Source of the DNA: Pseudomonadota bacterium
Lineage (GTDB): Bacteria > Myxococcota > Myxococcia > Myxococcales > Myxococcaceae
DNA length: 51,814 nt
NCBI GenBank assembly: GCA_039800145.1
Contig: JBDLRJ010000089.1
Coordinates: 1 to 51,814, forward strand
Reading direction: 5' to 3'
A model generated the notes under the pieces. It saw nothing but the letters and a program-made list of their open reading frames with translations, was not told the DNA's origin and ran no database searches. How positions within the stretch are numbered: the stretch's first letter is position 1; each line of letters opens with the position of its first letter. A program made the position numbers and the translations under genes. Below are positions 25,923 through 34,914 of this stretch, piece by piece.

Positions 25923-27452
25923 GTGAAGACGCTCAAGCTGGGACTGCTCCTGCTGGTGATGCCGGGCTGCCTCACCATCCAGGAGAGCAAGCGCATCGTC
26001 GAGACGCCGGTGCGGACGGAGCGGGAGACCTCGGTCGTGCCGGGCAGCGCTCGGTACGACGTGTCCGGGCGCGCGCGGGGCGCGGACCTGGAGGTGCTGG
26101 CCGCGCGCGAGGAGCTGTGCAGCTCCCGCGACGTGCAGGTGCTCCACCAGGTGGAGCTGACGGAGCGCACCGCCGAGTCCTACGCCCCCACGGGCTGGCT
26201 GCTGGGGCTGGGGCTTCCCCTGGGAACGCTCGGGGGCCTGGCGCTCGCCGCGGGGGCGCCCGCCACCGGCTACGACGACGAGGGGCGGACCGCGCTGAGC
26301 CCGGCGACCTGGGCCGTGCTCGCGGGCAGCACCATGGCCGTGGCGGCCATCCTGGACCTGCTGCGAACGCGTAACTCGGAGGAGGACCGCGGCGAGGTGA
26401 AGCGCGCGGGCCCCAGCAGCCAGTCCGCGTGCCGCAAGCGCGTCCCGACCGACGCGGTGTTCCAGTTCTCCTCCGGCAGGACCCAGCCCCTGCGCTTCGA
26501 CGCCCGCGGCGTGGCGCGTGCCTCCATGGTGGAGGCCGCCGCCCCCGAGGTGCCCGGGCCGCGGACACCGGCAGGGCTCCGCTGGGAGGAGCAGGTGCAC
26601 GCGGTGGACGTGCCGCAGGCGGAGAGCGAACACCTGGTCGCGGCGCTGCGGGGGCTGCCGGGCTCGCGCGTGGCGCGGGACATCCGCGAGCGCGCCGAGC
26701 GGGCCTGCCTCTCGCTCGTGGAGCGGGCGCGCGCACAGGGGACCACCTCCGAGCCTGCGCTCGCGGCGTGGGACTCTGCGCGGGCGGGCTGCGGCGAGAC
26801 GTGGACTGCCGCCTACGCCACCGAGCATAAGCAGGTGGAGGCCGCGGTGGCCCAGGCGCAGCGCGTCCGGCTCGCGCAGCAGTGCGAGGCGGGACTCGCG
26901 CAGGCGGAGGGACAGCTGCGCACCCAGCCGTCCGCCGCGGCCACGAGCGTGGAAGAGGTCCGCAAGTCCTGCACGCTCGCCGGGGTGGCGCGCTTCGCGG
27001 ACGTGGAGCGCGCCGTGGCGGCGGAGGTGGAGCGGCTGCGGCAGGAGGCGGAGCGCGTGCGCGCGGAGATGGAGCGGCGCGCGGCAGAGCAGCAGGCCCT
27101 GCAGGCGCTGCAGCAGGACCGCACGGCGTTCCTCGCGGCGCTCCGGGGCGGGCGGTTGGAAGACGCCCACGCCACGGTGGCGGGCAACGCGTTGCTCCAG
27201 GCCAACCTGCAGAAGGCCGCCGAGGTGGAGGCGCTGCTGGTGGGCCAACTGGAAGCCGCGGGGCAGCGCGCCACGCGGGCGGAGGGGGCCGAGTCTCCCG
27301 AGGCGCTCTGTGCCGCGCGGCGGCTCTACGTGGCCCTCTTCGGCGAGGTGAAGTGGGTGGCGCAGCTCACGCGGTCCACCAAGAACCTCGGCCGGTCGGA
27401 CGCCCGCGCGGGCTCCTCGTTCTTCAACCTCGCCGAAGCCTGCGGGAGATAG
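25923..27452 (+). CDS. Lipoprotein of unknown function: Gly-rich hydrophobic hairpin plus an Ala/Glu/Arg-rich helical C-terminal half
   Basis: Frame of track ORF 25905..27452. I prefer GTG 25923 (VKTLKLGLLLLVMPGC lipobox), 10 nt after the upstream stop. Its stop lies 2 nt before the next ATG. Confidence 0.65.
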   Translation: MKTLKLGLLLLVMPGCLTIQESKRIVETPVRTERETSVVPGSARYDVSGRARGADLEVLAAREELCSSRDVQVLHQVELTERTAESYAPTGWLLGLGLPLGTLGGLALAAGAPATGYDDEGRTALSPATWAVLAGSTMAVAAILDLLRTRNSEEDRGEVKRAGPSSQSACRKRVPTDAVFQFSSGRTQPLRFDARGVARASMVEAAAPEVPGPRTPAGLRWEEQVHAVDVPQAESEHLVAALRGLPGSRVARDIRERAERACLSLVERARAQGTTSEPALAAWDSARAGCGETWTAAYATEHKQVEAAVAQAQRVRLAQQCEAGLAQAEGQLRTQPSAAATSVEEVRKSCTLAGVARFADVERAVAAEVERLRQEAERVRAEMERRAAEQQALQALQQDRTAFLAALRGGRLEDAHATVAGNALLQANLQKAAEVEALLVGQLEAAGQRATRAEGAESPEALCAARRLYVALFGEVKWVAQLTRSTKNLGRSDARAGSSFFNLAEACGR

Positions 27453-27454
27453 CC

Positions 27455-30181
27455 ATGGTCCGTTCCGCTGCCGTTCTCTCGCTGCTGCTGTGCGCCCCGT
27501 TCGCAGCCGCAGACCGCCTGGACGCCCTGGACGTGACGAAGCTCAAGGTGACGGACCACCCGGCCGCCGCGTTCTGCCGCCAGAACCCGCAGAAGTGCAC
27601 CTGCGGCATCGCGCGGGAGCGGGCCTACCGGGACACGCCGGAGGGCAAGGGCTTCATCGCCGCGTGCGTGGGCCGGCTGCTCGGGGCCAAGAACGGCTTC
27701 ACGGACTGCAGCGGTTCGTCGGTGAGGTGGCGCCCCACGGCCACGTACGAGGGGCGCAAGCGGTCCTCGGAGTGGGAATGCACCTGCATGGCGAACAAGA
27801 AGCCTGACCAGGTGACGTGCCTTCGCTGGGCGGGCGTGGACGCGGACTTCGGTGCGGAGAAGGCGAAGCACCCGTTCATTGCCTGGTCCGTCTCGAAGCT
27901 GGATGCGTCCGACGGGCGGACGACGGAGCGCTGCCGCCACGGGGGGCTCCCGAACGAGCGGGCCTGCACCTTCGGGACATCCATGGACGACGACGACGTG
28001 GCCGCCTACGACTTCCTCCCGGCGACCACGGGGCGCCACGGCCGCGCCACCACCGGCAGCCCGGGCGAGGCCCCGGACGCGGCCTCGTACAAGGAGGACC
28101 GGGACAACTCGGACCCGGACGACGTCACGCACCAGGGCGTCCGCTACCTCCGCAAGGGGGAGTGGCTCATCTGGGGCAGCGGCGGGAAGCGGGGCTGGGC
28201 GCGGGGAAGCTACGCGTGGGAGCGCGTCAACGACCGCGACGTGGCACGCCGCAGCGGCACCTGGCGCTACTGGGAGAACGACGGCAAGCCCCAGTCCGTG
28301 GGGGAGCTCTTCACGGTGGGACCGTGGAAGCGGAGCCTGATGCGGGGCACGTGGACGGTCTCGAGCGACAACGGCCGGTACATGGAGCAGCCGTACAAGG
28401 TGCTGAGGGATCCCGCGCGGGACCGCTTCGTGTCCGTCCAGAATGGCCTGGCCCGCCTGTACGCCTCGTCCGTGCTCAACGCCATCGGCGCGGGCGGGGT
28501 GCTCGAGGCGGCCGTCGTGAACAGCGAGGAGAAGTCGCTGACCCTGGAGACGGCGCAGGGCCAGAAGACGCTCGAGCGGTTCTCCACCCGCGACTGGGTG
28601 ATGCTCGGGGCCGGGGGACGGCCCACGCGGTACGTGCAGTACGCCTGGAACTCCATCCTCCGGAAGTGGCTGCAGCACGGGGTGGAGGTGACGTGGGGCC
28701 AGGGGCGCGTGACGGAGATCACCGACTGGGCGTGGAGCGTCCCGGTCTCGTCGTGGCGCTACGCCCCCTCGGGACTCGCGCAGCTGCCGTGGCCGGAGGG
28801 CAGCGTGGAGCGCACCACGTACGGACTGCTCACCGAGCACGACGACGCCGTGCAAGCCTGCCGGGACCGCGGGGCCTGGGCCGTGGTGGAGCCGGACGCG
28901 GACGAGCTTGCCACCGGGAACTTCTTCCCCGCCATCGCGCGCGAGGACTGGCTCGGCGTGGCGAGTCCGCTCGAGGAGTACCGCCGCAAGCAGCCCACGC
29001 CGAACGCCTCGCAGGTCGTCTGCGAGTCCGACGCGGAGTGCCAGCCGGGCGAGACGTGCGAGGGCAACGCCTGCATCTCGCTGTGGGAGGAGGGCTGGCG
29101 GAAGGACCGGGTCGCCCCGTTCCTGCAGCTGGAGGACCGCCGCGCCTACTTCAGGTACGAGGGCCAGTCCTGTGCCGGGTGCAGCCCGCCTTCGGAGGAG
29201 GGGCCGTGGCTGGCCCAGGCCACCGCGCGCTTCGGGCCGGACGCCGTGCTCGCGCACGCCACGTGCCAGTACCGGGTGGGCGCCCCCAACAAGCCCTGGC
29301 AGCTGGCGTGGCGCCGCACCGGCGGGGGATACGCGCCCCTCAAGCTCGAGGAGTGGATCTCCGAGCAGGACCAGGGCACCCCGGAGGCACGCGCCTCGGA
29401 GCGCGCCTGCTTCAACCTGCCGCTCCCGGACGAGCTCCCCTCCCCGGAGCTTCAGACGTGGCTGTCGGCGCGGCTGCTCGGGCGTGGGCTGGACGAGTAC
29501 GTGAAGCCCGTGCTCGAGGCCCCGCCCCCCGCGGCCTGGGCGGCCTGCCCCGGCGAGGCGGCCAGCTCGGACGGCATGGCATGGCAGTCCTCCGTGGCCG
29601 CGTGGGTGTCCGCGCGGGGAGAGCCGCTGCGCGCCTGCGTGCCCATGCTCACGGCCTGGAGCAACCCGCTGGTGATGGAGCGCGTCAACCGCGCCATCCG
29701 GGGGGCCTTCACCGGCGCCGAGGGCGAGGTGCGCACCCCGACCGGCACGGACCTGGTCGGCCAGGTGGGGCTCGCGGCGCGCGGCCTGTTCGGCCTCACG
29801 CTGAAGGTGGAGAGCCAGTCGGCCGTGCGGCGCACGGTGCGGCTCGCGTGGGACATGGAGCGTGGGCAGGCGGTGCGCTTCGAGGACGCGTTCGCGCCGG
29901 GGCTGCGCGGCAAGGCGCTGCTGGCGCTGGCGCGCAAGGCAGCGCCTGACACCTTCAAGGCCGCGGCAGCCGGCTGTGCCGCCGCCTGGGGCGCCGGAGA
30001 CGACAAGCGGACTCCCACTTTCGGACTCGGCGGCACCCCGGATGCGCCCACCGTCTTCCTCGGCGAGTCCTTCCCCCAGAACGCGGGGGCGCCGTCCCGG
30101 TGCGACTGGTGGGTGGAGCTCCCGGTCAGCGAGCTCTCGCCGAAGCTCGCGGAGAAGAGCCCGCTCAAGCGGCTGCTGTAG
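27455..30181 (+). CDS. Secreted Cys-rich protein of unknown function, paralogue B (908 aa), with an extra ~190-aa C-terminal domain (DUF3298/RsiV-like, tentative)
   Basis: An ATG at 27455 lies in the frame of track ORF 26882..30181. It has the signal peptide MVRSAAVLSLLLCAPFAAAD and is colinear with paralogue A. Shared blocks include HPAAA[YF]C..CTC, LLGAKN, RWAGV[ND]ADFGAE, RCRH.G.PN..C, DRDN.D, GEWL, RRSGTWRYW, VGELF.VGP.KRSL.RG.W, GSVERT.YG.LT, GAWAVVEP, VVCESD..C..GE.C..NAC.S.WEEGWRKDRV.PFL, ACFNLPLP and LLGRGLDEY. Confidence 0.8.
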   Translation: MVRSAAVLSLLLCAPFAAADRLDALDVTKLKVTDHPAAAFCRQNPQKCTCGIARERAYRDTPEGKGFIAACVGRLLGAKNGFTDCSGSSVRWRPTATYEGRKRSSEWECTCMANKKPDQVTCLRWAGVDADFGAEKAKHPFIAWSVSKLDASDGRTTERCRHGGLPNERACTFGTSMDDDDVAAYDFLPATTGRHGRATTGSPGEAPDAASYKEDRDNSDPDDVTHQGVRYLRKGEWLIWGSGGKRGWARGSYAWERVNDRDVARRSGTWRYWENDGKPQSVGELFTVGPWKRSLMRGTWTVSSDNGRYMEQPYKVLRDPARDRFVSVQNGLARLYASSVLNAIGAGGVLEAAVVNSEEKSLTLETAQGQKTLERFSTRDWVMLGAGGRPTRYVQYAWNSILRKWLQHGVEVTWGQGRVTEITDWAWSVPVSSWRYAPSGLAQLPWPEGSVERTTYGLLTEHDDAVQACRDRGAWAVVEPDADELATGNFFPAIAREDWLGVASPLEEYRRKQPTPNASQVVCESDAECQPGETCEGNACISLWEEGWRKDRVAPFLQLEDRRAYFRYEGQSCAGCSPPSEEGPWLAQATARFGPDAVLAHATCQYRVGAPNKPWQLAWRRTGGGYAPLKLEEWISEQDQGTPEARASERACFNLPLPDELPSPELQTWLSARLLGRGLDEYVKPVLEAPPPAAWAACPGEAASSDGMAWQSSVAAWVSARGEPLRACVPMLTAWSNPLVMERVNRAIRGAFTGAEGEVRTPTGTDLVGQVGLAARGLFGLTLKVESQSAVRRTVRLAWDMERGQAVRFEDAFAPGLRGKALLALARKAAPDTFKAAAAGCAAAWGAGDDKRTPTFGLGGTPDAPTVFLGESFPQNAGAPSRCDWWVELPVSELSPKLAEKSPLKRLL

Positions 30182-30187
30182 GGGACT

Positions 30188-31327
30188 TCACGGCGGCGGG
30201 GGCTGTCTGCAAGGACGTTCAACACCCACGCTCCCGGCGGCGCGCTGCACGGCGTCCACCGGCAGCCCGGGCAACAGCCCCGCGCGCACCTTCAGCCGGA
30301 GGATGCGCCCCGCCGCCTCCCGCGCGAGCGCCCTGCCCCCGGGCCGCGCGAGCTCCTCGCGCAGCACCTCCGAGAGCTCGTCCAGCACCTCGGCGGACCC
30401 CGACACGAGCAGCAGGTCGTTCCCCGCCCGGAACGCGGCGCGCGCCACCTCGCGCTGGCGTCCACCCACGAAGCCGCGCAGCGGCGGGGCCGCCAGGTCG
30501 TCCGTCATGGTGACGAAGCCCTGCTCGTGCGCGAGCGACACCAGCGCCTCGGAGAAGATGGCCGGCTGGCCGCCGTAGAAGGAGAAGCCCAGGTTGGCCA
30601 GCATGACGCCGCCGAGCGCCTCCCCCGCGTGCGCGAAGGGACGCAGGTGCCGGTTGAACTCGGCCGCGGACCGGTCCACCACCACGCGCTGGTAGTCGGT
30701 GTTGCGCGCCACCTCCCCGTAGCCCGGGAAGTGCTTGCCAATGGGGATGACGCCCTCGGCCCACAGCCCCCGGCTGAAGGCGGCCGAGCGCTCCGCCACC
30801 TCCAGCGGCTCCGTGCCGAGCGAGCGCGCCGTGGCATGCATGAGGCCACTTCCCGCCAGGTCCAACACCGGGGCCAGGTTGCAGTTGAGCCCCAGCCCCG
30901 CCATGGCCGCGCCCACCCTGCGCCCCCAGGCCTCCACCTCCGCCGGCGGAAGCCTCCCGAGCACCTGCCCCGAGGGCATGGCGCGCAGGCCCGGCAGGTG
31001 CGAGAGCCGGTTCACGCGCCCGCCTTCCATGTCCACCGCCACCAGGGGCGGCACCCGCGACCTCGCCCGCAGGGACGAGAGCAGCCCGTCCAGCTGCGAG
31101 GGGCTGCGCAGCACTGCACCGAACAGCAGCACCCCGCCGGGGGCCGGCTGGCCGGCCAGCGGCCGCACCGTGGTCCCCACCACCATCTGCGCGGCACACT
31201 CCTCGTCCGACAGCAGCCGCAGCCACGCCTCCGCGGTGGCCTGCTCGCGGCCGCGCGCGGCCCCATCACCCCGGGGAGTGCTCCCGGCGAGCAGCAGCGG
31301 GCCGAGCAGGAGGACGACAATCGACAC
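30188..31327 (-). CDS. Exported glycoside hydrolase family 3 beta-N-acetylhexosaminidase (NagZ-like)
   Basis: The last 379 codons of track ORF 30188..33424 (-). The start is taken at GTG 31327 (VSIVVLLLGPLLLAGS, a hydrophobic leader). GH3 blocks are VAVDMEGGRVNRL, NCNLAPVLDL and IGKHFPGYG. The upstream ~700 codons of the track ORF are antisense junk. Confidence 0.8.
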   Translation of the reverse strand: MSIVVLLLGPLLLAGSTPRGDGAARGREQATAEAWLRLLSDEECAAQMVVGTTVRPLAGQPAPGGVLLFGAVLRSPSQLDGLLSSLRARSRVPPLVAVDMEGGRVNRLSHLPGLRAMPSGQVLGRLPPAEVEAWGRRVGAAMAGLGLNCNLAPVLDLAGSGLMHATARSLGTEPLEVAERSAAFSRGLWAEGVIPIGKHFPGYGEVARNTDYQRVVVDRSAAEFNRHLRPFAHAGEALGGVMLANLGFSFYGGQPAIFSEALVSLAHEQGFVTMTDDLAAPPLRGFVGGRQREVARAAFRAGNDLLLVSGSAEVLDELSEVLREELARPGGRALAREAAGRILRLKVRAGLLPGLPVDAVQRAAGSVGVERPCRQPPPP

Positions 31328-31393
31328 GGGCGGCCTTGTCGCACGGAGAGACGCGAAAGCAAGCGCGCCGCCGTGGCAGGATGCCGGCTGGCC

Positions 31394-33487
31394 ATGACGT
31401 CCCCTGCCCTGCTCGCAGTGTTCGCTGCCCTCGCGCTCGCAAGCCCGCGTGCGCCGCCGGGTGACCCGGGGTTCCCCTCCGTGGACGCCGCCGGCGAGCA
31501 GGGGCTGCTCCCCGCCAGTCCCGCCCTCCCCGCGTGGACGCTCGGCACCTGGCGCCAGGGGCCCGCCGAGGCGGTCCGCACCGCGGGGCCGCAGCGGCGC
31601 GCTTCCTGGCTCGTGCCGCGCGTGGACGCGGGAGAGGTGCAGCACGGCATGGTGCGCGCGAGCGTGGCCTACGGATCCGGCACACCGGACTTCTCCGTGC
31701 TCGTGCGCTTCCGCCCCGGCACCGGCAAGCCCGAGGAGTTCGACGCGTACGGCGTCTCGGTGGAGCCCGGCCGGCTGTTCCTGCAGCGCTTCGCGCGCGG
31801 GGCCGCGTACAAGATGGGACCCTCCGTCCCGCTCAAGGGGATGAAGGGGCCCCGCGCGCTGGAGGTGGTGGTGTTCCTGGCGGGTCCCCACCTCGCCGCG
31901 TTCCTCTACGACGCGAAGACGCTGGAGCTGCTGGGCTCGCTCGCCCACCACGATCCGCACCTCCGCACGGGCCACGTGGGGGTGCGCGTGGACGGCGCGC
32001 GCGCGGCGGTGTTCAGCGTCAAGCGCCTCTCCGTCACCAGCGGCGCGGCGCCCGCGGCGGCGAAGGAGGCCTTCGCCCCGTCCCCCGAGCGGCGCGTGCG
32101 GGTGGCCTCGGAAGATCTCGGGCGCGTGCCGGATGCGCTGCGCGGGGGCGTGCTCGAGCCGCTGCCGGGGGAGCGTGGCCCCGGGGTGGAGCTGCTGCTG
32201 CGGCGCCCCTCGGACGTGGAGCGGCTGCGGCGCTCGGGCGTGACGGTGCTCGCCGAGTCGGGGCTGGTGGCGTGGATGCACCTGGACGCGCGCTACCGCC
32301 GCGCGCTCGTCGCCCGGCCCGGCGAGGTGCCGCCCCCCGGCACCTACAAGGACTGGGAGATGGTGGAGGCGCAGCTGCGCGCGGCCGCGGCGGACCACCC
32401 GGACCTGGTCCGCCTGCACGCGCTCGGCACCACGCACCAGGGACGCACGGTGTGGGCCGCGCGCGTCACCGAGTCCCCGGACGGCCCGGTGGACCGGCCC
32501 GCCGTCTTCATCAACGGCGGCCACCACGGGGACGAACTCCTCGGCACGGAGTTCGCGTTGGACGCCCTTGCAGAGGTGCTCGCGCGCCGGGAGACACCCG
32601 CGGGACGCCGCCTGCTCGGCGCGGTGGACCTGTGGTTCGTGCCGCTGGTCAACCCGGACGGCAACGCGGCCTTCGTGCGCCTGAGCCGCGCGGCCGGGCG
32701 CAAGAACGGGCGGGACCTGGACGGCGACGGCCGGTACGACGTGGACGAGGGCGTGGACCTCAACCGCAACTACCCCTTCGAGTGGGGCGGCCTCGGGGAG
32801 GAGGGCAGCCGGTCCCGGCGCAGCAGCGACCTGTACCGCGGCCCCGCGGAGGCGAGCGAGCCGGAGACCCAGGCGGTGGTGGGGCTCGCGAGGGCGCAGC
32901 ACTTCGTCGCTTCCCTCTCGTTCCACACCGTGGCCACCGCGGTGCTCTACCCGTACACGGTGGGCCGCGCGCGCCCCCCCGAGCCGAACGTGGCGCGCCA
33001 GGTGGCGGAGGGGCTCGTCGCCGGGGGGCCGCGGCAGGTGAGCGGCCGGCCCTACCGGGTGTTGCCGAGGCTCTACCCGGTGGACGGCACGGACCAGGAC
33101 TGGCACCACTGGGCGCACGGCACGGTGGCGCTGCTCGTGGAAGGCCCCGTCCACAACCCGCTCGAGCCCGACAAGGCGCGCGCCGCGGTGGAGGGGACGC
33201 GCCTGCTGGTGACGCGGCTGCTCGAGCGCGTGGTGGACGGACCGCGGCTGTCCCTCCGCGTGCGGGGCGAGGACGGCAACCCGCTCGAGGCCGAGGTGCG
33301 CGTGGAGGGGCTCCAGCTGCACGCCGGGGAGCGCTGGAAGAGCCGGGAGAGGGATGGCCGGTTCGACCTGCTCGTGCCGTCTCCCGGCCCCTGGCGCGTG
33401 GAGGTGCACCGCGAGGGCTTCCACCCCGCCACCGCGGAGCTGCGCGTGGGGGAGCTCTCCGAGGTGCGCCTGCGGCCCGCGGGCTGA
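31394..33487 (+). CDS. Secreted M14-family zinc carboxypeptidase with an N-terminal LamG/DUF1080-like module (tentative) and a C-terminal carboxypeptidase-regulatory-like beta-sandwich
   Basis: An ATG at 31394 lies in the frame of track ORF 30527..33487 (MTSPALLAVFAALALASP). M14 blocks are INGGHHGDELLG (HxxE zinc ligands), PLVNPDG, DLNRNYPFEW and SLSFHT. The tail LSLRVRGEDGNPLEAEVRVEG..GRFDLLVPSPGPWRVEVHREGF is CarboxypepD_reg-like. Confidence 0.85.
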   Translation: MTSPALLAVFAALALASPRAPPGDPGFPSVDAAGEQGLLPASPALPAWTLGTWRQGPAEAVRTAGPQRRASWLVPRVDAGEVQHGMVRASVAYGSGTPDFSVLVRFRPGTGKPEEFDAYGVSVEPGRLFLQRFARGAAYKMGPSVPLKGMKGPRALEVVVFLAGPHLAAFLYDAKTLELLGSLAHHDPHLRTGHVGVRVDGARAAVFSVKRLSVTSGAAPAAAKEAFAPSPERRVRVASEDLGRVPDALRGGVLEPLPGERGPGVELLLRRPSDVERLRRSGVTVLAESGLVAWMHLDARYRRALVARPGEVPPPGTYKDWEMVEAQLRAAAADHPDLVRLHALGTTHQGRTVWAARVTESPDGPVDRPAVFINGGHHGDELLGTEFALDALAEVLARRETPAGRRLLGAVDLWFVPLVNPDGNAAFVRLSRAAGRKNGRDLDGDGRYDVDEGVDLNRNYPFEWGGLGEEGSRSRRSSDLYRGPAEASEPETQAVVGLARAQHFVASLSFHTVATAVLYPYTVGRARPPEPNVARQVAEGLVAGGPRQVSGRPYRVLPRLYPVDGTDQDWHHWAHGTVALLVEGPVHNPLEPDKARAAVEGTRLLVTRLLERVVDGPRLSLRVRGEDGNPLEAEVRVEGLQLHAGERWKSRERDGRFDLLVPSPGPWRVEVHREGFHPATAELRVGELSEVRLRPAG

Positions 33488-33606
33488 GAACTGGAACGGG
33501 GCGCCGCGGACGTTAGTCTGCGCCCGCCATCGATCCGTCGCCTCCAGCCCCTGCTGCCTCCGCCCCCGCGCGCCCGCTCCTCGGCAGGCGCTCCGGGCTG
33601 GGGCTC

Positions 33607-34914
33607 GTGCTCGCCAACATGGTGGGCGCGGGGGTGTTCCTCAGCACCGGCTACATGGCGCAGGAGATGGGGCCGCTTCCCATCCTGCTCGCGTGGGTGG
33701 CAGGCGCGCTGCTCGCGCTCGCCGGGGCACGGGCCTACGCGGAGCTCGCGGTGGTGGTGCCGCGGTCGGGCGGCGAGTACCGCTACCTCGGCCACTTCCT
33801 CCACCCGTCGCTGGGCTACCTCGCGGGCTGGGGCTCGCTCGTGCTGGGCTTCGCGGCGCCGGTGGCGGTGGACACGCTCGGGGCCGGGGCCTTCCTGGCC
33901 GCGCTCGGCATCACCGTGCCGGTGAAGTGGCTGGCGGCGGGGCTGGTGCTGCTGCTCGCGGGACTGCAGCTGGCCTCGGGCGGGCTGGCGCTGCGCGCGC
34001 AGAACCTCCTGGTCGCCTCCAAGGTCGTGCTGGTGCTCGGCTTCGTGGGGGTGGGGCTGTGGTTCGGGCGCTCGGCATGGCCCGCGTGGACGCCGCCCTC
34101 CGGGCCCGCGGACGGCGGCTTCCCCTGGCAGGCCTTCTTCGCCAACCAGGTGTGGATTGCCTTCGCCTTCTCCGGGTGGAACGCGGCGGTGTACGTGAGC
34201 GGGGAGTTCGAACACCCTGCGCGGGACGTTCCCTGGGTGGTGCTGGTGGGCTGCACGGCGGTGGGGGTGCTCTACCTGCTGGTGAACTGGGTCTTCGTGG
34301 CCAACCTCACCCCGGCCCAGGCCTCGGCGGTGATGGCCTACGAGACGAACCGCATCACGCTCGGCCACATGGTGATGGACGACCTGCTGGGGCACCGGGG
34401 TGGCGTGGCCATGAGCGTGCTGGCGGCCGCGGCGCTGGTGTCCTCCACGAGCGCCATGCTGCTGGTGGGGCCGCGCGTCTTCGCCGCCATGGCCGCGGAC
34501 GGGGTGCTGCCGCCGTGGCTCGCGGCGCGCGAGGGTCATCCCCCGCGCGCGGCCCTGCTGCTCCAGGCGGGGCTGTCCGTGGTGATGGTCTTCACGCAGC
34601 ACCTGCGGGACCTGGTGGCCGCGGCCTCCGGGGCCCTGCTGTGCTTCTCCGCGCTGACGGTGCTCACGCTGTTCCGCGTGGCCCGCGTGGAGCCGTCCGC
34701 ACCGAGGCCCTCGCGCACGGGCCGGGCGGCGGCGCTGCTCTTCGCCACGGGCTCCGGCGGACTGTTCCTGCAGCAGCTGTGGCTCAACCCCTTCCACCTC
34801 CGCGTCATGGGGGCGCTGGGGGTGCTGGGGATGGCTGCGTGGTGGACCACGGCGCGGGGCGCGCGGGCGACGCCGGCCGGGGACGTCAGCGTGCAGGCGC
34901 AGCCGCGGCCTTGA
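33607..34914 (+). CDS. APC-superfamily amino acid/polyamine permease (start uncertain, see findings)
   Basis: Track ORF of 435 aa with a GTG start. It has about 12 predicted TM segments and the pattern ANMVGAGVFLSTGYMAQEMG..AYAELAVVVPRSGGEYRYL typical of APC TM1-TM3. Confidence 0.8.
   Translation: MLANMVGAGVFLSTGYMAQEMGPLPILLAWVAGALLALAGARAYAELAVVVPRSGGEYRYLGHFLHPSLGYLAGWGSLVLGFAAPVAVDTLGAGAFLAALGITVPVKWLAAGLVLLLAGLQLASGGLALRAQNLLVASKVVLVLGFVGVGLWFGRSAWPAWTPPSGPADGGFPWQAFFANQVWIAFAFSGWNAAVYVSGEFEHPARDVPWVVLVGCTAVGVLYLLVNWVFVANLTPAQASAVMAYETNRITLGHMVMDDLLGHRGGVAMSVLAAAALVSSTSAMLLVGPRVFAAMAADGVLPPWLAAREGHPPRAALLLQAGLSVVMVFTQHLRDLVAAASGALLCFSALTVLTLFRVARVEPSAPRPSRTGRAAALLFATGSGGLFLQQLWLNPFHLRVMGALGVLGMAAWWTTARGARATPAGDVSVQAQPRP

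Noticed and set aside
23525-26170. An 881-aa minus-strand track ORF, and ORF 20669..22042 (-).
   Set aside because: They are antisense to genes with signal peptides and recognisable motifs. Their composition is dominated by R/G/A/P/H.
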